A stretch of 53,742 bases of DNA, from IMG/VR virus record IMGVR_UViG_3300018757_000034, positions 1-53,742 of that record. One strand, 5' to 3'. The stretch is from a virus (taxonomy: Duplodnaviria; Caudoviricetes). Of this stretch, positions 48,856 to 53,742 are shown one piece after another. The stretch's first letter is position 1, and every line of letters starts with the position of its first letter. The position numbers were made by a program, and so were the translations under genes. Under the pieces are notes generated by a model. That model searched no databases. It had not been told where the DNA came from and worked only from the letters and a program-made list of their open reading frames with translations.

Positions 48856-49125
48856 ATGTCGCAAACAAACGAATACGAAGTATTTCAGAAAGAGATCAAA
48901 GAGATCAAGGCGGATCAAAAAACGCTTGAGAAGCGTGTCAGTACCCTAGAAAGAACATCAGAACGCCATGATCAGCAGATTATATCTATCAATGAAAAGC
49001 TGAATAAGATCGAGGAAAACACAACTTGGATCAAGCGCAGCATCACCGGCGCGATCATTACAGCGGTAAGCACCGGCATCATCGGCGGCGCAATCGCTGT
49101 TTTTTATAATCTACTGCAGAAATAA
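48856..49125 (+). CDS. xhlA: XhlA-family holin-associated protein
   Basis: Coiled coil plus KIEENTTWIKR and C-terminal TM; 89 aa. Confidence 0.9.
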   Translation: MSQTNEYEVFQKEIKEIKADQKTLEKRVSTLERTSERHDQQIISINEKLNKIEENTTWIKRSITGAIITAVSTGIIGGAIAVFYNLLQK

Positions 49126-49140
49126 GGAGGAAAGCACAAT

Positions 49141-49404
49141 ATGAAAAACTTAGACAAAGGCACAGTTGTCCGGACGGTGCTTCTTTTTATTGCGTTGGTA
49201 AACCAGACATTGATCATGTTTGGAAAATCAACTTTGCCGATCAGCGAGGATCAGGTCAATACGTTGGCCGACGCTTTGTATGTGGCCGGCTCCACGATTT
49301 TTACAATCATCACAACGTTGGTCGCTTGGTTTAAAAACAACTATGTTACCGGTAAAGGAAAGCAGCAAAAAGAAGTTTTGAAACAAAAAGGATTAACAAA
49401 ATGA
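49141..49404 (+). CDS. xhlB: SPP1-family holin
   Basis: [18 protein letters not shown]...AWFKNNYVT. Confidence 0.93.
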   Translation: MKNLDKGTVVRTVLLFIALVNQTLIMFGKSTLPISEDQVNTLADALYVAGSTIFTIITTLVAWFKNNYVTGKGKQQKEVLKQKGLTK

Positions 49405-49426
49405 GGTTGCCGGCTGGCAGCCTTTT
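49404..49426 (+). terminator. Hairpin terminator before the endolysin
   Basis: AGGTTGCC-GGCT-GGCAGCCT-TTT. Confidence 0.6.
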
Positions 49427-49451
49427 AATAATTTAAAGGAGGATTTTAATA

Positions 49452-50408
49452 ATGGGAATTAAAGGAATCGACGTATCACACTGGCAAGGTAATATCAATT
49501 GGAAGAAAGTTGCGGGGGACGGTATTAAATTCGCTTTTATCAAAGCAACAGAAGGGACAACATTAAAGGACAATAAATTTGTAACGAATATTTCAGGTGC
49601 TAACGCTGTGGGGATTAAAACGGGAGCCTACCACTTTGCAAGATTCGGTTCCAAGTCAGAAGCATTGGCAGAGGCCAGGTTCTTTTTGTCAGTTGCCAAT
49701 AAGGTCCGTCTCACATATCCGCTTGTGCTTGATCTTGAAGTCAATCAACGGAATGTCAGTAAATCAGTTTTGACAGATGCAGCAGTGGCCTTTTTACGGG
49801 AAGTTGAAAAAGCTGGTTACTTCGCCATGATATACAGCGGTAAGTCTTTCCTTGAGAATTGCCTTGACGAATCCAAGCTGAAGCCATTTGCATTATGGGT
49901 TGCTCGTTATAACAACACACTTGGCCGTCATGCGGATATCTGGCAGTATTCTTCTAACGGAAAGGTGTCAGGTATTTCTGGTAATGTTGATATGAATATT
50001 TGTTATCGTGACGGGTTACGGGCACAGGTGGCCGTAAAAACTGAAAAAGTTGCCACTACAGTAAAACCTATTTCAAACAAAAAGCCAGTTAAATCGGGTA
50101 CGGTTTACACAGTCAAAAAAGGGAATACGCTCTCGGAAATCGCACAGAAATACAACACAACCGTCAAAGCTCTCCAAAGTTTGAACAACATAAAAGACCC
50201 TAATAAGATTTATGTTGGCCAAAAATTAAAGATTAGCAGCAGTACTTCAACAGCATCGAATAAAAAACAGTATTACACAATCAAATCCGGTGATACTTTA
50301 TTCGGAATCTCCAAAAGATTCAACACATCAATAAAGACGCTGCAGAATTGGAATGGCATCAAAAATCCAAATAAAATTTATGCTGGACAAAAGATTCGTG
50401 TTAGATGA
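49452..50408 (+). CDS. Endolysin: GH25 muramidase plus two LysM domains
   Basis: [28 protein letters not shown]; two LysM repeats. Confidence 0.95.
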   Translation: MGIKGIDVSHWQGNINWKKVAGDGIKFAFIKATEGTTLKDNKFVTNISGANAVGIKTGAYHFARFGSKSEALAEARFFLSVANKVRLTYPLVLDLEVNQRNVSKSVLTDAAVAFLREVEKAGYFAMIYSGKSFLENCLDESKLKPFALWVARYNNTLGRHADIWQYSSNGKVSGISGNVDMNICYRDGLRAQVAVKTEKVATTVKPISNKKPVKSGTVYTVKKGNTLSEIAQKYNTTVKALQSLNNIKDPNKIYVGQKLKISSSTSTASNKKQYYTIKSGDTLFGISKRFNTSIKTLQNWNGIKNPNKIYAGQKIRVR

Positions 50409-50542
50409 CAACACATGACTAGCTCAAAATCAATGGGAAAGCTACTGGGCAAGGTTGTTTGCAGAACGAGAGTCCTTCTTTAACACAAGTTAAAAAATAA
50501 GATCAAAGAGGAGTTACATTGTAAAACTATCCACATCAATCA

Positions 50543-50572
50543 AGAAGTACAACAGTAAACTGTTGTACTTCT
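50543..50572. terminator. Perfect 13-bp hairpin between convergent genes
   Basis: AGAAGTACAACAG-TAAA-CTGTTGTACTTCT. Confidence 0.75.
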
Positions 50573-50611
50573 CTTTTCTTTTCATGATGTTTAATTTAGT
50601 TCTTTTGTGCA

Positions 50612-51367
50612 TTAACTATTTCGAAGTGCATATGCTGAACAGTAACCAATTTCAAAAGAATATCCGACTCCTGCTGTTGTTAAACATCCGAGACAAACAG
50701 GAGCAGCACCTGATAGACAAAAAGCTGCGCAAGCAAGGTTTAATCCGTCCTGTATCCAATCCGGAATAGGTGCAAGATTGTCCCAACAGTAATTCATTGC
50801 AGACCAAAAACTTTTATGTTTTTTTGCTGCAGTTCCTAATTTTTGGTCTCTATCAACTGATGGTATATAGTCTTTATCTACAACAATTTCTCCATTTCTT
50901 AGAGACTTTACATTTGCTTTGGTGTCACTTATTTTGGTGATTAAAACCTCTGAATACTCTACTACTTTTTTTGTATTATCATAGATTACTGAAAATCCAT
51001 GTACACCATCAGATTCAACGTCAATTTGTACTAATAATAAATCATACTCTTCTAATTTAAAAACTTTGAAACCATCAATATTTGATACTGTTATTTTATC
51101 TTTATATGTATCAAATTTGTTATTTTCAAGACCCTTAACTGTTTGATTGTACATTTCCTCCGCTTCTTTTCCTGTTATTTCTTTTGCTATTTCTTTAAAG
51201 GCTTCTAAACTTTTTGAAAAACCTCCATTTTTACCTTTTTCAATTTGTGATGACAGTGGAGTGTAGGAAACGTTTGGCTCACTTTGAACTGCAATACTTT
51301 CATTAGGAAACAAAATACTGGATAGAAACATCAAGCTCGTTAATGCAAAGAAAAAAGTTTTCTTCAA
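50612..51367 (-). CDS. Secreted protein with six-Cys C-terminal peptide (halocin C8-like bacteriocin precursor?)
   Basis: TTG after GGAGGT; Sec signal peptide; charged pro-region; hydrophobic C-terminus with 6 Cys. Confidence 0.6.
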   Translation of the reverse strand: MKKTFFFALTSLMFLSSILFPNESIAVQSEPNVSYTPLSSQIEKGKNGGFSKSLEAFKEIAKEITGKEAEEMYNQTVKGLENNKFDTYKDKITVSNIDGFKVFKLEEYDLLLVQIDVESDGVHGFSVIYDNTKKVVEYSEVLITKISDTKANVKSLRNGEIVVDKDYIPSVDRDQKLGTAAKKHKSFWSAMNYCWDNLAPIPDWIQDGLNLACAAFCLSGAAPVCLGCLTTAGVGYSFEIGYCSAYALRNS

Positions 51368-51509
51368 ATCATTACCTCCCATTTTAGGTTATTTATAGAA
51401 TCAATGTAAATTATATCAAAATGAGTATTATCATTCAATAACTGTTTTATTTGTGGTAAAATTTGTGGAAGTTAGGTATGAGATCAACCGAATTTTTAGA
51501 AGGAGTGTG

Positions 51510-51872
51510 ATGGCGTTGGCTTTATCGTCAGGAAAAATTTTATCAACACTAGGAGTATTTCTTTTTGTTATTGGAATAGTAGATGTGGTATTAAGTAAGT
51601 CAGTTGAAAGTTATATCCTTATTCTTTCGTTTATTCCTTTAGGATTTGCTCTAATAAGTGATAGACTAAAGAATAAAGAACTTTTTAAAAAAATTAGGAT
51701 GAAGGCTGCTTATGGAGCACTTCACTTTTTGTTTGCTTTCCTTCTATTTTTGTATCTTTTTATGAATATTTTTAATGTTGAAGTCAACACAATATTTTGG
51801 ATATTTACTGTAACATTAATTAGTTATCTGGGGTGCATAATTTTTGTTGCAAGGAAAACTGTTGACCGTTAA
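51510..51872 (+). CDS. Four-TM membrane protein
   Basis: Four hydrophobic segments; RBS AAGGAG. Confidence 0.75.
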   Translation: MALALSSGKILSTLGVFLFVIGIVDVVLSKSVESYILILSFIPLGFALISDRLKNKELFKKIRMKAAYGALHFLFAFLLFLYLFMNIFNVEVNTIFWIFTVTLISYLGCIIFVARKTVDR

Positions 51873-52003
51873 ATAATTTTGTAAGGGGGATTGTTGGTGA
51901 ATTGTTGTCCGGCTTTGCCAACAATCATCATTACGAAAAATCGTGAATTTAATTTTTTAAGCGGATGAAGTAAGGAAGAAATTTTTGATTCTTACGTTTG
52001 TTT

Positions 52004-52034
52004 AAGCGTGAGACGTTATCTATCTCACGCTTTT
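52004..52034 (+). terminator. Intrinsic terminator
   Basis: AAGCGTGAGA...TCTCACGCTT plus T-run. Confidence 0.7.
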
Positions 52035-52143
52035 TGTTTGTAAAATCATCACGTAAGAATGTGCGATATGATGTGGAAATTGCTTATTGCGTTAATAAAG
52101 AGAAAGGAGGCATTGCCTCTCTCTTTAGTTTTAGAATGCACAT

Positions 52144-52884
52144 TTATTTGAATGAATTTTCAAGGTTAGACATTGCTTTTTCAAATGCAGCTTTTCGTTT
52201 TTTGTCTTCGTAATCAATACGTTCTAAAATTCTTGTCCAATAAATATTCCCGGTATCAGCGTATCTTTTTGCAGTTTCCCTCCAAAGAAAAGCTTCAGCT
52301 TCTTCTAAGACAATTATGTAGCGACTTCCCATACGAATATGAGGCATACCTTCCTCATGAATTAAATTGGTTATTGTGGATGGGCTTGTCCGAAAATACT
52401 TAGCAGCTTCTTTAATCGTTAAGTTAGTGCGTCCCATATAATTTTCTTTAGATGTCGCATTCTTTATATCTTGGACAAATACTTCTAACTCATCCCTGAT
52501 AATTTTTCTAAGTGCTTCTTCGATCATGGTCGGCTCCTCCTTAGGGTTTCTTAAATTTTCAACGTCTTTAAAAGCTTTTGCAACATCCCATTCATCATCA
52601 GGATCAGTCCAACCAAATTCTTTGTAATGCATAATTGTAGGCCTGATCTCTTCTTCAAGAAAAAGAACTTTGCTTTTGACTCGAAGATGAGGCATGGCTC
52701 TTCTACGCATTAAATCACCTATAGTAGAAAGACCTAAACCGGTTTTTTTCGAAACCTCTTTCATGGTGAGATAAGATTTGAGTTGCTTTTTTTGATTCTC
52801 GACTGAAAACGATTTAACCATCATAGAAACTTCTTGGCGGAACATAGATCTTATCGAAGCTTCATACAAGCCTTCAACCGTCAT
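52144..52884 (-). CDS. Protein with two excisionase-type (MerR-like) HTH domains
   Basis: YLTMKEVSKKTGLG...MPHLRV and LTIKEAAKYFRTS...MPHIRMGSRYI. Confidence 0.8.
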   Translation of the reverse strand: MTVEGLYEASIRSMFRQEVSMMVKSFSVENQKKQLKSYLTMKEVSKKTGLGLSTIGDLMRRRAMPHLRVKSKVLFLEEEIRPTIMHYKEFGWTDPDDEWDVAKAFKDVENLRNPKEEPTMIEEALRKIIRDELEVFVQDIKNATSKENYMGRTNLTIKEAAKYFRTSPSTITNLIHEEGMPHIRMGSRYIIVLEEAEAFLWRETAKRYADTGNIYWTRILERIDYEDKKRKAAFEKAMSNLENSFK

Positions 52885-53052
52885 ACGAAATTCACTCCTT
52901 TCTTTTATAAAAATTCTTTTTGGAGTGTTTAACTCCTTGAATTCGTTAAATTCTTCACAAATCTTTTATTTTTTCATTTGCGCAAAAGCAGGATTGATTG
53001 TTTTGAACAAATTAAAAACACTCACCCTTTAGAAATAGGGGAGTGTTTGTTG

Positions 53053-53742
53053 TTAATATTGAATTGAAGTTAATACACCGTCTTCAAAGTAGAGATATTT
53101 GTTTCCTTTGTAGACCCATTGCTCGCGTTTACCATTACTTGTGACAGTTGTGTTAATATCAATTGGCCGACCCCATCCTTCAGTTAACACTTCTTCAGTA
53201 GTCATACCAATTGAAACCTCTTTCGGATTTGCCGTTCGTTCATTCATAGCGTCAAGCTTTTCGTTTTTTTCCTCTTCTTTTCTTTCTGCTTCTTTAACTA
53301 TGTCTTGTTCTTTTTTCGCGGATTCCATTCTTTTGTTGTTCATCTTTTTGAATTGCTGCACTTGTAAATCATCATGACTATCCATATAAACAACTTTATC
53401 TAACATTGCACTCATGTAAGAATAGTCATCGTAAGTGCCTGAATGTGTTTCTTTTAATTCTTTTTCCTTTTTATTGACAGATGCAATAAAATAATAATCC
53501 TTTTCAAAGACGTCCCTTAAATCGCTTGTTTCTTTAATGACTTTATCGTATTCACCATCTTTTATAAGCTGAATAAAACGTTTAGCTTTATCAGTCAGCT
53601 TATGCGTTTTAATTTTCTTCTCTTTTTGATTCGATGTTGTCTTAGTTTGATGGACTGCTTTTTCTTCCTCGGGCTGTTTATTTGGGTTTGAACAAGCGGT
53701 TAATAACGTAACTACAAACATTAATGTAAATAACCTTTTCAT
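53053..53742 (-). CDS. Lipoprotein with SmpA/OmlA-like C-terminal domain
   Basis: Lipobox LLTAC; IGMTTEEV...WGRP...EQWVY...YLYFEDGVL. Confidence 0.8.
   Translation of the reverse strand: MKRLFTLMFVVTLLTACSNPNKQPEEEKAVHQTKTTSNQKEKKIKTHKLTDKAKRFIQLIKDGEYDKVIKETSDLRDVFEKDYYFIASVNKKEKELKETHSGTYDDYSYMSAMLDKVVYMDSHDDLQVQQFKKMNNKRMESAKKEQDIVKEAERKEEEKNEKLDAMNERTANPKEVSIGMTTEEVLTEGWGRPIDINTTVTSNGKREQWVYKGNKYLYFEDGVLTSIQY

Larger units (their letters stand above)
46..53742. mobile_element. Temperate prophage, skin/PBSX-like myovirus; right end outside the window
   Basis: Integrase, lysogeny switch, replication, terminase, head, contractile tail and lysis modules in canonical order. Confidence 0.97.

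Noticed and set aside
1-53742. tRNA, rRNA or IS elements
   Set aside because: None recognised by eye; tRNAscan-SE and ISEScan would be needed to exclude them formally.

Overview
An almost complete temperate prophage of a Bacillus subtilis-group host, related to the skin element and PBSX (contractile-tail myovirus gene order). It appears to be inserted after about codon 10 of the competence major pilin gene comGC (left junction near nt 45); the right junction is not in the window. Left to right: large serine integrase; an AT-rich two-gene cassette with a PD-(D/E)xK-like nuclease; ImmA/ImmR/Cro switch with six operators and a LexA-like box; early recombination and replication genes; RusA; XtrA/YqaO; a RosmerTA-like pair; ArpU; RapE/PhrE-like pair with ComA-like boxes; LXG toxin plus SMI1 immunity; late promoter and structured leader; ParB-like gene and C5 methyltransferase; terminase, head and tail genes with a type I toxin-antitoxin locus and a -1 frameshift; holins and a GH25-LysM endolysin; right-end cargo (Cys-rich bacteriocin-like precursor, membrane protein, double-HTH protein, lipoprotein). 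The most unusual signals are non-coding: a duplicated 27-nt motif overlapping two intrinsic terminators (candidate antitermination system) and four short antisense RNAs with their own sigma-A promoters and terminators inside the lytic operon. All family assignments come from motif recognition and synteny, not from database searches.
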